Position numbers and translations under genes: made by a program. The notes below the pieces were generated by a model. It worked only from the letters and a program-made list of their open reading frames with translations, had not been told where the DNA came from and made no database searches. This document shows, in pieces, positions 49,401 to 62,791 of a stretch of DNA of 64,000 nucleotides (position 1 is the first letter of the stretch; every line of letters begins with the position of its first letter). Source of the stretch: Balanoglossus misakiensis (Eukaryota; Animalia; Hemichordata); NCBI GenBank assembly GCA_040954595.2, contig CM082588.2:186001-250000 (forward strand). The letters are read 5' to 3'.

Positions 49401-52400
49401 CGTTTGAAGAGCCAGTGGGGGTAACCTGTAATGGTTGGGTGTCGGCTACTGATTTAGATGGAGGGTATTCACATGAATAAAACAATAGCTGAATAGTGCT
49501 AGCAGGTTTAACCTATGAACAAGAAACAAGCACTGGTCACATTGCCACATTCACAACATTCATGGTGATTGAGGAAGAATTTTACTGAGAACAAATGGAA
49601 ATTTCCAGAACAGAAACACTCTGAGTCACTGAGAAGATTGTTGCATGAGAACAAGACTGTCATTGGCAACATCATGCAAAAGTCTTAAATTCACACCATG
49701 CAGTTTTCAGCAGCTAAAGTATCCTGTCCATACTATCAAGCTTGCGTGATTTATCTCATTTCGCCTGCATGTGCTGTTTTTCTCTGCTCTGAAAACAACA
49801 CCAAACTACACTGAAAGATCTTTCAGATCCCAGAAAGGGAAACTATTAAATATACATGTATATTTGCTGAGAAAATTACTGGCACAAGAAGCAAATACCA
49901 GATGGTACAAGGAGTTTATATTTTGGTCAGCTTTTTTGCAAATGATATCAAATTTAAGTCAGAACAGTCACCATGTTACTCTGCAATGTGCTGTTCAACC
50001 AACATTCAGCTCCATCATTCAGTTTGCAATTTCAAATCAACTGATGAAAATACTTCACCTAATGAACCGTATACTGGATGGAAATCTCCTCTGAGAGCTA
50101 GCTAACCTTGAATCTGAGAAAAGGGTATAAGACACATATTTGCCAAGTAGAAAGAGCAACACCCTGGAAACCGTGTCAAGTCCTCATCAGCACTCTGAAA
50201 ATCAATATAACACATGTTTGCTTCACATGATGAACAATTTCAATTAACTTCTCTGCAACATCTTTCAGGACCAACCATACTATAACAAAAGCAAGGGTTA
50301 ATTAATTTAACTATGTAAGTCGTAGGAGTGTAAAGAGTGGCCAATAAGTTGAGAAATGTGCGACAGTAAAAATATATGGCAATCAAGGTCAGACTGATTT
50401 CTGAAGACCGTACTACATGTACATTGACAACACAATTAAGTCACTATTTTTTACCTTATTTCAGGTTTTGTATTTTATTTTATTTTATTTTATTTTATTT
50501 TGACTGTGCAATAGATGAAGCAAGTCATGTCTGGCAGGTTTAATAGTGGGAAACTCTTGTGACAGCTGCAGGCCATCAGGCAACGGACTGTAATTGTTAG
50601 TGAAAGATTGAGAGATCTTAAATTGGAACATTATGTAGGCTTCTACTGGACATGGCTAATCTGATCAAACAATTGCCTGACATATTGCAATACAGATTGA
50701 GTGTTCTTTTTTGATTTGCTAATAGTGGGTTTTCTTAGGGTTTGCTAACGACCACTTCTGTTTCTGTAGTTTTTGTCATGTTTATGAAGTCTGATGTAGA
50801 CTGATGTACTTTTCACAACATCTACAATTGTGAATCAAATACAGTATTCAGTTCAAACTAAATGTAGCACTGTATACTAAACTGGCTTGAGGGTAAAAGC
50901 AATGGCTACATCCCCAAGGAACTCCTAAACAGATTTATTCCCCCAAGGCAGACAACAGACAGACTAAATCTAAGGTGATTCACAGTTCTAAGGATTAAAA
51001 GATATGTTATGCTTTTACCCAGATATGGCCAATAATAAATGAATCACAATGAACCTCAAGAAATTCACCTTCTATAGTAATAGTGCATTAGATTAGGTTG
51101 AGCTACAAATGTATTCAGAGATTGTCCTTCCTGTTTATTGAATATTATTGTTAAGGGCAGCATCCTGGTAAATGTTACCATGGTTCCTCTTGGTGTATCA
51201 ATGCAGTCATTTTAGTAGGTAGCAGAAGTGTTACCAGGGTTTCCAAATCATTCTCAATTGAATGTTCTCAGTCTCAGCAAAACAACATTGTCTTTATACA
51301 TTTACATGTGCGTGGTGTGTGCAGATTCATATAATTTTCCACTGCACGGCCAGTGAATTAATCATGATGCTTGCATGAGCTAAAAACAATACAAGAGAAC
51401 TGACAAAGTCAACCTGTTAGCAAAGCATGCAGATAGGCATGATAAAAATAAGTGTAACATGTGCAAAACCTAATAGTTTTTCTAAGACTATGAAAAAACA
51501 CAATATATAACTTGGAAATGAATATACACTGTCCCTGGAAATGACAATTTCTTCCCGTTCATCATGTAGATGGAGACGGTTCAGATTTAACCAAAATATC
51601 CCTTGCAATTTCCTTCTGTCGTTTATTACCACATAATTTAATCCCACTGAGCCTCAGACGCATTGTGGGGCAATGTAACGCTGAAAATAGCACACCACTT
51701 AACATTTAAGAACACTTAAAGGAAATAATGCGTATTATCGTATCAAGTGTGACGTAAAACATCGCATGTGATGCCCATTGTGCACACCTAATTGAACTGA
51801 TGACCTTGTCAAAAGATATTATGTTTAATTTTTGCAATTTTTCGTCTTTATAATATTTGATGGAAGATATACTGTGCTTTAAATGTAATAGAGTATGCTA
51901 TATTAGCAAACCATTATTTTTAAATCAGTTTATGTCTGTGAGTTTTAAGTTACAATCTATTCTAGAAAATATTTTAACACACTTTCCAGTGGTTGGCAGT
52001 TGTCCTTATTCAGACAGATCCAAATCAGTCTTGTCACCATCCTGAAGTGACCTCAACAAAACTTTACCACTTGTGCAGGTTGTAATCAAAAGACATATAA
52101 CCTTTCACCTATTGTTTTCTGTTTGGAATTCCAACCAGCATCAAGAACAATTGAGGTTACAGCTCAGTACCATTGCTGTTGACTTGTGTAGTATTCAGAA
52201 TGCCAGATATTTATAAAGCATGGCCCTGTTGAATAGTCAGAGTTTGCCTTGAGTTGGCTCAAGTTAATGAGGTTTGATCAATACATGTACATATGGTCGA
52301 GATGGGTAGGAACAACTTGATGAGATGGAAGGATGTCAAGCTCTGAATTTCAAATGATGACATACAGAAATCAAATAAACCCAGCAAAGAAATTGTCTTG

Positions 52401-55400
52401 AAACAGGTTCACATACAGACAGAGGAAAATTGTTCTGTCAATGTGGAATCAATTTTAGCGTGACTTTCAACTCGCGGTTACAAGGTGAACAAGGGTGATG
52501 CTTCTGATGAGTTACAGAAGCAATTTTATGCATCACCAGACCACAATGAAAAAAGAGTTCTCTATTGGCAGGTTCATCAATATATGCAATCATGCATTCA
52601 AAGTTAATTTTTATATACCTAGGCTAGGATACATGTATGTGTATGGAAGTCATACAGATCTAAATATCTCATAACGGATATTGGATACATCAAGCTTGAA
52701 TGGGTTCTGAAAATAAATTTAATTATGTGACACTTCTTTATTACTTCACAACAATTACTATTGATATTCTGAGGAAACAATTTCAGACACATGTACCCAG
52801 GTTACTTGAAGGTGCTTTATATAAAGTAAAAGCCAGCTATAAGTCGTAGTGATTTATGTCGGAAATTACCAAAGGTCATGAACAATTTCACTCTCTAAGG
52901 CTAAGGAATACCTGAACCAATTTCTCTGATCCATTCAATAGTTTTCATGCAGTTAATGACCTTCACGCACTTCAATTCCCATTACACGAATAGATGCCAA
53001 ATCAATTCAATGACCCAATATTCAACCTGACCACATGTCAGCCTAACACAAATTCTGTACAAAATTTGTATTTGAAATTAAAATCTTGATAAAAAATGCT
53101 CAGAGTTGCAGCCAAATAATGTCTTTGAATGGTGGTTTGAAGTGTTTTGTTAAGACCTGTATCATATAGTTTCCAAAGATGTTACTTGTCTTATTTTTTA
53201 TTTAAAGTATTATTTGTTGATTTAAAAATTTATTTGATCAATCAATGATTCCTTTTACTACAATGAAATTATAAAATTCGCTCTTACAAACAGTAGTGTC
53301 TTTCACAAAATACCACATTTTACTCAAGGCCTGCCAGGAACATGGCCTGTCACACATCACATGAGATATTCAAGGTAAAATGGGGCAACAGCCGTTCATG
53401 TAAAATAATTCTAAATTCCCTTGAAATGGTGGAATTCTATCAATTCTGTCTTACTTTGGTATCCAGGATGCAAAACTAATATTTGGCTCATCATATGTTA
53501 ATATATTTCTCAGAAGAGATTTGAGATCTGCAACAAGTAAACAAGACAGTAAGACCAGCATATGTTTTTTTCTTTTTCAAACATTTAATTAATTAACTTA
53601 ATATTATTCATGTTTGCAAAGATCAAAGTTAGAATGAATAGTGATACGAAACTGACATTGAAAGAACTTCAGAAAAAGAAAAACCACTGACATTGACAAA
53701 AGTGACTTTTTTCTGAAAAGTGTTAATATGTACCTATTGATTTTAAACATAATTTTGTACAGTAAACATGAAGCACTTTATAGCCGTTCATTATATAACA
53801 AATTTAAGTAACATGCAAATATACTGATTTTTAAAACCTTGAAACTTTGCCAATATTGTCTATACTGTATTTGACAAACATATTTCCTATTTTAATTGAT
53901 CCTGTAAAATTAATAAAGCACCATTACTACTTTTTATTTGGGGGTGGGGGTGTATTTTACTGGTAAGATTTCTCTGGTCAATATTTGCCCTTACAAATAT
54001 ATGCACATTGTTCAAAATAGGACAACTCAGAAGAGTTTGCAAAGCAATTTGTTTAATAGTGACCCACTGAAATTTCCTTAATTTCTGAAGAGCAAATATT
54101 CATCACTAGCTTTGTTATGAAAGTCGACAGACATAATTGTATGCGACGGACAGTATGGGCTGTTTGAGAGCAGCACTAAATAAACAAATTACCATTTTGA
54201 AAAGTATGGGATATTTCTATTATTCAATACTAACATCTTTCTATAATGGAAATATATAAAATAATTATGCAAAGCAACCTTTCTGAATTTATTATATGTT
54301 ACCAGATGGTCTGACGTGGCTTGTTAATACCTGTTTATTATAGCCAGACAGTTTTCCAAATGGTTTGATCTATTTTTGTATGATATTAAACTAGCGCACA
54401 TCACATGCTCTTACAATATAATCCAGCACTCCTCCATATTTGGTATCTGTGTTGATTCAGCACATGATGCATTTGTTTATATCTCCATTTTAAAAGACAC
54501 CTAACTTAATTTCCCCTTTATAGCAAAAAATCACAAATTCTCATGAAAACACAGGAAAAAATGCAATAAAAAAGGCACACATCAAAGAAGCTAGTTTCCG
54601 TGGCAGCAATATGTTCAACTGATCATTATTTATGAGTTGGGGCAGCTTCTGTACAAAATGACCACACATTTATGTCAGAAAGGATGTTTCCCTAAAGTTA
54701 CATTTATTGCTGCATCCTTACACAATTAAACATTAGTTTGCTGTACCTGGCCTCATTCTAGTTATTCATCCTGTGGGAAAGCTACAATCAGAAACAACTG
54801 TACAAAGTGCAATTTTTGTTCTCTGGGATTACACTTCTCGATGTACTCTTCACTTAAAGGGAATTGACTTTTTTTCTATCTTTCAACCATGGTTTAGTCT
54901 AAACCCATTGTTTTCTACCGTAAAGTTGGACCTCTCTACAGGGAAATGGGGGTGAAAGGGTTCAAAAGTAGTCTTGATGGACACACTGAAAACAAATCAG
55001 GAGTAGAGCAGTGCAGATTAAGCATGATCAATAATCAATGCACTAAACCAACTCAAGGAGGAACTAACTCAAAAAGGTTTTAATGCATTTCAGAGTACAG
55101 ATGCTAACGTTCATGTATAAGCTTCAGCAGCAAAACCCTTTTACGTATCAGTAGAAAATCCAAAGTGGTTCTAGATGGATAGTACAGACCATTTTGAATG
55201 AGATGTCTAGTATTTCATATGTGACGGCTAGAACACGCACTTTCTATCCAAGACGTTCTGCTTGGATTTTGGCGTTTAATCCATAGAACATGTCCAATTA
55301 AAATGGCCCATTAAGCAATTTAAAAAATAAGAAGAAAATGTTTGTTTGTCTCCTAGTTACCTTTCAGGGGTATGTTTGAAAATATCATCATCTCAACTAC

Positions 55401-58400
55401 TTTTTTGCTTTATAGTTCTATCAACATGTCAGTCATCAGTGTCATGGTCCAAACATGAAAATTGTTATTCGCCAACATGACAAATCGTTTTAAGATCATT
55501 TTTGCTACATTCAAGTTTTTCTCATTTTGCAGACATAGCGAGCAATAGCGTGAACCCTGATCACCACAAAATGTCAAGGAGACACCTATCATCGAAACAG
55601 TGTGGACTTAGTTGAAAATGTGAAACAAACCGATATCTTGTCATTGCATCAACACTCAAGGGTCACTAGATGCCGTCACCTCTTATAACAAAGCGGTTAT
55701 ATACGAATGCAAGAACGAAGATGCATTTCTTGGTTCAGTCAGTGACTCTACTGAATAGTGATTTAACCTTATTCTTTTAATTGGTGCGGCTGGACTATAC
55801 ATAAGGGAACACATTGTACATGTACAATACATTGCACATACATGTATAAATAAACAGCAACACATGAATTTCTATGTGTGGGTTTATCCACATAATATTT
55901 TATTTGCATGGAACATCACCAATACTCCATTTCGGATTATACTGTTGCTCTAACACATGGAAAATACTACTTAATACTTTCACATAATTTCTTGTTGGAA
56001 CTTGGAGTAAAAGACACAAAATAAATGATTTTACACATTTCTCTTGGAAATAACGTAGAGTAAAAGGAAAATATACACAAAATATATTGAATCCGTTCTT
56101 TTGTGAAATAATGGGCATGTGGGCATCGTTACAGACGGCAATCACATTAGATGATCCAGGAAGCCCGGTAGCAATACTCTCAGTCAATGGAAGTAATTAT
56201 TATTACTTGCAAGGAATAATAGCGTAGAAAGGGTCCCATGGCAATGGATGTTGAATACAAAGCTTTGTATGCGCTTGGCAGTGTCACGTTTAACCTTTAT
56301 TACCTTTTTTACAGGGTAGGTTGTAAAGACTGCTTACAAAGAAAGACTGAAGATCGTCAAGTTCGGTGACTGAAAATCATTTGAAAAACAAATAGTCAAG
56401 AAATATTCTAGACTATCACATCTCTATACGACTTCCCCTCATGGTGTTTCTCCAACTTGGTTACATTCACTGAGCAACTATCCTAGATCCCTTTACTGTA
56501 ACACTTTCCAAAATCATGGTTTGGTCCAAATCTGTTGTTTTCTATGGCAGAGTTTGTGTATTCGGTAAAGCTGATAATATTAAAATTTCTTTTAGTTGCT
56601 TATGTTTAAAATTAACCTCCTTTAAAAAACCTTTGCTAAACAAGGTTTACATGCTAGTTTTTATATAGAATGTATTTTCTTTATTAAAGACAAAGTTGTC
56701 CACATGAAAATTCTGGTACAGAAAAAATAAATAAATAAATAAATACATAAATAAATAAATGAAAAAATAAAAATAAATAAATACATAAATAAATAAATGA
56801 AAAAAGAGAGAAATGAAATATAAGAGTTTAAATGTATAGAGTCAGCATTGTTTCATCAATATTTTTGAAATGGTCAAAAACTTTCCATGGCTCAAAATTA
56901 AGCATAATGAGCATTTGATTTTTTGTGCAACATGTGGAAAAATTTCTTGGGAATGACAATAGTAAAAGTGTGTTTTCTATTGATTCTCAATGTAGTCCAA
57001 TGAAAATGCATAAACACCATGTTCTCATAGTGTGCCTACATCACCAGGAAGATATTCTGAATTTTACAACAAATGATAATGCTTGTTCTGGTGTGGAATT
57101 TTCCCAGACTTTCTTTTCATCAACTGACGGGAAACTGTTGAAATATATATGATACAAATTACCAACAGCAAAACCCAACGCTAACATTTTAACGTTAAAA
57201 AACTTTTTATATTTAAATATATTATCTTAACTTTAATTTAACAAACCATAATTCTCAATCAATTTAGCGAAAACTTAATAATTTTACTAATATGTAGTTT
57301 ACTCCTAGAGTAAGAACAGTATGTTGAAAGATTTTTTTAAAAAGTGCAAATATTCAAACAGGTTTCCACCAAATGTGCATACAGCCTAGTCACACCCACA
57401 TTTTTCACAAACTCCACATCTATAAATACTTCTGTATGTCACATGGTGACATTTAAACATCTAGGGGTGCAACAAACACAGTGTGGTTTATTTTTAGAAA
57501 CTATAACGTGGACAGTGCTCTCACTGTTTAGGAATATATAGCTTTACATAAAACATGCAAAACTTTTTATCATTATTTTCCTGTGAAATTAAGCTGGAAC
57601 TGCAAACATCAAAATATGAAAGTGGCAGAGATACAATTGCAGTGGTTTCCCTATCTGAAAAATAAGTTATAGCTCTATCATCAACTGAAGAACTCTTTCT
57701 AAACATGTTCAGTATAACACTTGCAAGGATAAAGTACTACCTCAATGCATGGCCTTATTTGGTAAGAAAGTTCTCAATCTGATTGTGTGTATTTTGCACA
57801 ATTTCTGCATGACTGAAAAAGGTCATATAGCAACCACTGCAATAGATCCCATTTATGTTGGATGCATCACACAAGCCTTAAAACATGTTACCATATTGTT
57901 TGTTAATGAAAAAACGGAACACCTAGAAACAGTCAATTAAACTTCAACGGTGAATTCTTAGTTTGACAATTGCGACAGATCTAATTGATCAAACGTCCGC
58001 AACAACAATAAAAACAACAAGAACAACAACATTAGTATTATTACAATTATCATCATCATCATGATTATAATTTATTATTATCATTATCATCATTACTATT
58101 ATATTTGAGTATTAGTATGTTTTATATTAATATTTATTCCATTTTAATAACTGCAGTTCATCTCATCGCGTCGATTCCTGTAGGTTTAAGAAATACATCA
58201 AATGCAAGTGTAAATGTTGAGGCTGTGTAAAAAAAATGCCATTTTTTTTTGGGGGGGGGGGGCAACTTTAAGTGCACTGTATATCTGGCAATACTTTTTT
58301 TTAGTTCAGAGCCCATCAAAAAGTGGGTATTTAACATTGCTAAATTATTTGCATCAAGGGTCCACCTTTATGCAGCCAACCAATTTACCTCGCCAATGTG

Positions 58401-58662
58401 CTGGCAATATAGCCCGCTCCTATTCCTCTCATCACATATAACACACGCATAATATCATCAAAGGTGACACCCACCTGATGGAATCTTTATCAATGCTGTG
58501 TGATAGCTTCCTCAGCAAAACTTCGTTTTCGCCTTTCGCCAAGTTGGCCACAACTGACCTGCACACTTCAGCACGGTCTTGATAGACTACAACGCTCACT
58601 ACCGGACAGTCGGGTGCCTCAAAAGTCTTCATATTGCTGTATGCACCACTTTCGCTTTCCAT
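25463..58662 (-). CDS. Protein F37C4.5-like (N-terminal DUF4140, coiled coil, C-terminal DUF4139), ~596 aa, 9 exons
   Basis: Exons 58662-58475, 37681-37450, 33289-33078, 32865-32736, 32155-32010, 28533-28320 (or alternative 29872-29497), 26680-26441, 26247-26014, 25657-25463; all phase-consistent. Motifs: VVSVVVYQDRAEVCR...LSHSIDKDSIRVEGKG; LSYVVSNAKWTPKYDVRV; YYGMLQQNTGEDWTDAKISLSTAMPS; TIPSDNLGHKVSV; YALLPGPANVFFENNFV; SPSEEFECSLGVDPSVRV; VHDQLPLSSEEKIKV. An in-frame TAG lies upstream of ATG 58662. Confidence 0.88.
29497..29872 (-). CDS. Alternative exon 6A of the DUF4139 gene (basic, then acidic/His-rich low complexity)
   Basis: Acceptor ctgtttag|A is phase 2 and continues exon 5. The 376 nt are open up to GAG|gtagga (phase 0). 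If that donor is not used, the frame reads on to a stop at 29449. Confidence 0.65.
43125..43209. mobile_element. Short piggyBac-like MITE copy (~85 bp)
   Basis: ttaacaatttcacccc...ggcggtgaaagggttaa: imperfect TIRs bounded by TTAA. The interior is the reverse complement of the copies at 44344 and 54876. Confidence 0.65.
44344..44436. mobile_element. Short piggyBac-like MITE copy
   Basis: gtaaccctttccc...tttggtttaatcccattatttccctatggta...ggggtgaatgggttaa. Confidence 0.65.
46276..46340. repeat. 32-bp tandem duplication
   Basis: tccaggaaatattttgtaaattgaggataaat followed by tccaggaaatattttgtaatttgagaataaac. Confidence 0.85.
50472..50501. repeat. (ATTTT)n microsatellite
   Basis: attttattttattttattttattttatttt. 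Confidence 0.9.
54876..54964. mobile_element. Short piggyBac-like MITE copy
   Basis: ctttcaaccatggtttagtctaaacccattgttttctacc...gggggtgaaagggttca; shares its core and right end with the other copies. Confidence 0.6.
56498..56553. mobile_element. Truncated copy of the same MITE family
   Basis: gtaacactttcc...catggtttggtccaaatctgttgttttctatgg matches the left half of the family. Confidence 0.5.
56722..56805. repeat. (AAAT)n microsatellite with an internal duplication
   Basis: aaataaataaatacataaataaataaatgaaaaaa occurs twice. Confidence 0.85.
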
Positions 58663-59537
58663 TTCGGCACGTTTCACGTTGGTCTACTTCCACGTCGTCC
58701 TTCTTCCTGGGTTGTCAATTTCAGCGCGCTCTGTATGCGTAGCTGGCTCTTCACAACAGAACTCCCTAGGGCATCACTGATTTTTGACAAATTATCATGC
58801 GTAAGATATTGTTATTTTTGACTATAAACCAACATATTTTGACTTCATTTAACCCCTACTTCTTCGACATAAATGATATTGGCGATACATGTGAACACTC
58901 GTGCCCTTAATTATAAATTGGAGAAAAAAATTATCCCATCCACTATTTTTACCAGTAACTTGTGGGTTCTTGAAGGGTCTCCCCTTGGACGTGACCAATA
59001 TCTACGGGGGTGGATCTGATGGACAAACAAGAAATATACGGGAGTATGAAACATCTCTCTTGTATATCTAGAATTAAAAATATGCAGTTACATGTATATG
59101 ATTATATTTCATTGTACATAAATCTTACCGTCGTTTGGATAGCATACACATTAACATCTGCACATTGACAAATACTCGACATGCATCACAATAGTTGATT
59201 CCAAAGCACTAGCTGAATCTCGCTAAAAGCGAGATCACAATCAAAAGTTAGAATAATTAGTTTATATCTTTCGCCGACGTCTGTTTATAAGGAAATACGT
59301 GACTGGACGAATCCTCTTAATATTTGCTTTGCTTCGATGTGAATTGTAATCTTTAAAAGTGAACTAGCGATGCTTTGCAGTTCTTTCCAACAAATGCGAG
59401 ATGTTGCGAGATTCCTAAAAAGAAACTACTTCCGGAACTGTACGAAATGAACACATGTGTTTGGGTGTTCCGGTGAATTTTCAGGAAATCGACGATATCA
59501 TTTATGTGTGCGTGGGCTCGCCACACCTCTGAGATCC
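58663..59537. promoter_or_regulatory. Divergent promoter region, DUF4139 gene / RWDD1
   Basis: 875 bp between divergent ATGs. ETS-type ACTTCCGG at 59428-59435; TGCGAGAT occurs twice at ~59395-59412; both ends are CpG-enriched. Confidence 0.55.
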
Positions 59538-61882
59538 ATGACAGACTACGAGGAAGAACAAAATAATGAGATCGAAGCTCTCGCGTCGATCTATCCTGAC
59601 GAATTCACCGGTGAGTGTTCGATCAGACTGTGGATCACATTGCTGCATCATTGCATGGCAGTGTGGTTCAGCTACATCATCATGTTGCCTTCGGGATCAC
59701 AGCAAGTGGATATGATGTGTGTTGTCAAAAAGAATCCATTTTGATGTGTCAATTAAATAGATGAAAACTATGTAATATCACCGTGGCAGATTATGCTCTG
59801 AATCAGCGAAGAAGTGGGTCACTATGGTTGTGACATAAGATGATGTACATTTCTCTACATCACCATACTATGATACATTAGTCTTTATGTAAACTTGGAA
59901 GCTTCTTGTAGAATGAACAGATAAAAATTGTGAATAACCCTGTGACATCACAGACTGAGATGTATAGAGTTGTGAATATATATATATATATCTAACAAAC
60001 ATGACATCTCTGGTGTCTTTTCCTTTTAGTGTTGTCAACAGATCCACATTGTTTTGAAGTCAGACTTAAATCAGACAATGCTGATGAAGAGGACGATGAT
60101 TACGGTATTCAAATTAGTTATATTTTACAGAACAGATACAAATTAGATACATATGTATCCAATTTATTCTTACTCCGTGATGTGACAATATCTGAGCATG
60201 ATGGAACTGCTGGAAGTGCATAAAAATATTAAAATATTACTCTGAAGCAGGTGGGAGATTTGAACTACATCATACAGGCCATTGGTAGACAGTAACTGAG
60301 AAAATCTTCCACTATTTCATTTTTTTCAGTTGTGCAGGCTACCATCCAATTCACGTACACGCCAAACTACCCAGATGAAATCCCCATCACCGAGGTGACG
60401 TCGGCTGATAATCTAGATGAGGATGACATGACTTCTCTTTTAAATATGTGTACAGAACAGGTGAGGGTGAACTTTGACTCTCCAAGCAATGGACTGAGTC
60501 AAACTAGTCAATTCTAGTTCTGTGCTACAGGCTCATCATTCTGGAGGCCAACTTTGTCCCATAACCAGTATAAGTCAGTCTCAATGATAAAATAATTAAA
60601 TTGTAAAAACTCAAACGTAAAAAAGAAACACTTAACCCTATACAGAGTGGAGAGGGCAATGTTCTCATAGGTCAGTCAAGTGTCCTTTGACCCATATGCC
60701 AGTAAAGATTACCAGCAAATTTCTGTATGGGGTCAGAGCCAATCAATTAGTACTGCAGAGTAATTAAGATAAATTTATAGACAACCAGAAAGACAGACAG
60801 ACTTCACATCTTAGCAAACATATACATCTGTCACAGATGTGGTGATCATGATTGAGATATTTTTGTAGAGAAAGACACACTCCTATTTTCACTTAATTTC
60901 TCCCTAAAGGCAGAGGAAAATTTAGGCATGGCCATGGTATTCACCATAGTGTCAGCAGTACAGGAAAAACTCAATGAGAAAGTGGACTTCATGAAGAAAG
61001 AACGAGATGCGGAGGCAGAGAGAGAAGAGGAAGCCAAGAAGGCCAAAGAAGAAGCTGAACAGGTGAGTTGTCATGGCGATGGTTTGCTAATGGATTACCA
61101 AAATAGCAAAAAAAAATTCACTGTAATTCTGGTGGAGTGTATCATTCACATAGATTTTCTGGTTGATTTCCACCAAAACAGGCCAAGAAATTCACAGGTA
61201 CACCGGTGACTATTGAAACATTTCTGGCCTGGAAATCCAAATTTGACCAGGAGCGTTTGTTGAAGAAGAAGAACAACAGTGACTTGAGCGATGACAGTAA
61301 AAAGTTGACGGGTAGGTATTAAAGAATTCAGGAATGAATGGAAAGTGTTAAAGCCACAGAAAGGGATTTGGTCAGCCATGCCTGCTGAGTGACTTCTGGA
61401 CACTTTTACATGTGCTGGAATATTTGGTGAAAGTGCTTTTCATTTGCATTCTAAAATGAGTAATAAAGCTTGTTTTGTTTTGCCATATTATCTTCTAGGA
61501 CGCCAGCTTTTTGAACAAGACGACACATTAGATGATTCAGAAGTTGCCCTCCTTGATGAAGGTAAGAAGAAAATGTCTGAGTTGCATCATACGTCACCAG
61601 GGGTGATTGCAAGGTTCAAACACATATAACACATTTCCTCTTAGGCAATGTAAGAAATGGCCCCCGTTTCTGGAGGGTGCTGTAGTATTGATACAATTAT
61701 CAATATCAACTGTAGAGGGCAGTATACCAGACAATCCAAGACTTGGTTTTATTATAATCTTGTCTATTTTTTGTTTTGTTTCAGGTGATAATGTAGTTGT
61801 GGATGAATCTCTTTTCCAAGAATTGGATGACTTGGAGCTTGACGATGACTTTGGAGATGAGATGGGAGAACAAGACGATTAA
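59538..61882 (+). CDS. RWDD1: RWD domain-containing protein 1 (DFRP2/Gir2 family), 240 aa, 7 exons
   Basis: Exons 59538-59610, 60030-60104, 60330-60460, 60910-61062, 61182-61311, 61499-61561, 61785-61882 (723 nt). Motifs: MTDYEEEQNNEIEALASIYPD, FTYTPNYPDEIP, AEENLGMAMVFTIVSAVQEKL, FTGTPVTIETFLAWKSKFDQE, KLTGRQLFEQD, VDESLFQELDDLEL. Confidence 0.96.
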
Positions 61883-62791
61883 ATTTACACATTCTTACCT
61901 TATTCACCATCTTATCTGAACATCTAAGACTGCCTTATGCTTTAGTGTACTTTATCTTCCCTGGAATTTACTTTTACCTGAACACAAAATAATTTGAATA
62001 TTACTGTGATTTTATTGTCAGTATTTCTTGTCAACGTTTGCATAAAAAAAGAAATTAGTTTTCCCTGAATACCATTTAGGCTTAATTTTAATTCCACTCA
62101 AACATGAAAACTGTGTTTCATAGGTACAACTGTACATGTATTAATTTTCTCTTCAAACGATGTACAAGAAGTGAAGACTAGGAAGTCTTTCCCCTGAATA
62201 TGAATAAAACCTTATGCTTTCTTTAAAATCAACTTGGTTTCAGTTTGATTAACTCCAATAACACAATGTATTAGATTTTTGTGTCACTACCTGTATAGTA
62301 ATAAGTTCACTGTTTTAATGATAGATTTTCAGAAAAATGAGAGCCCTTATGGGATCAGTGGCAAATGAATTGGGTCACTGAAATTTATAACGCGTGCAGT
62401 GCAATAAAAACAATTGTAAAATTTTAATATTTACATGGATCTTTTCGGTTATCGGGTAACCGTATTAAAAACCCAGTGTGCAACATTTCCATCACTATGG
62501 CAATGAACCGAACCTGATGATATAATTATATTTCCAACCAAAATTTTTCTACAGTACATAGTACATAATATTCCAGGTTGCTTATGCATTGTATACATAG
62601 ATATTAATAACAGTTTTACATGAAATATTTATAGACACACAATTCTTTGTGAGGGTCTGTGTGCCACGTGCATGACGTATGAAAGTGTCATTGCGGAAAT
62701 ATATGCGCGACTGCCTCATTTGCATATTGATCAGTTTCACTCTCGCTGTGCCCTGCATATTGTTATTCAAAAGCGCAATTTATTTTCGAAA

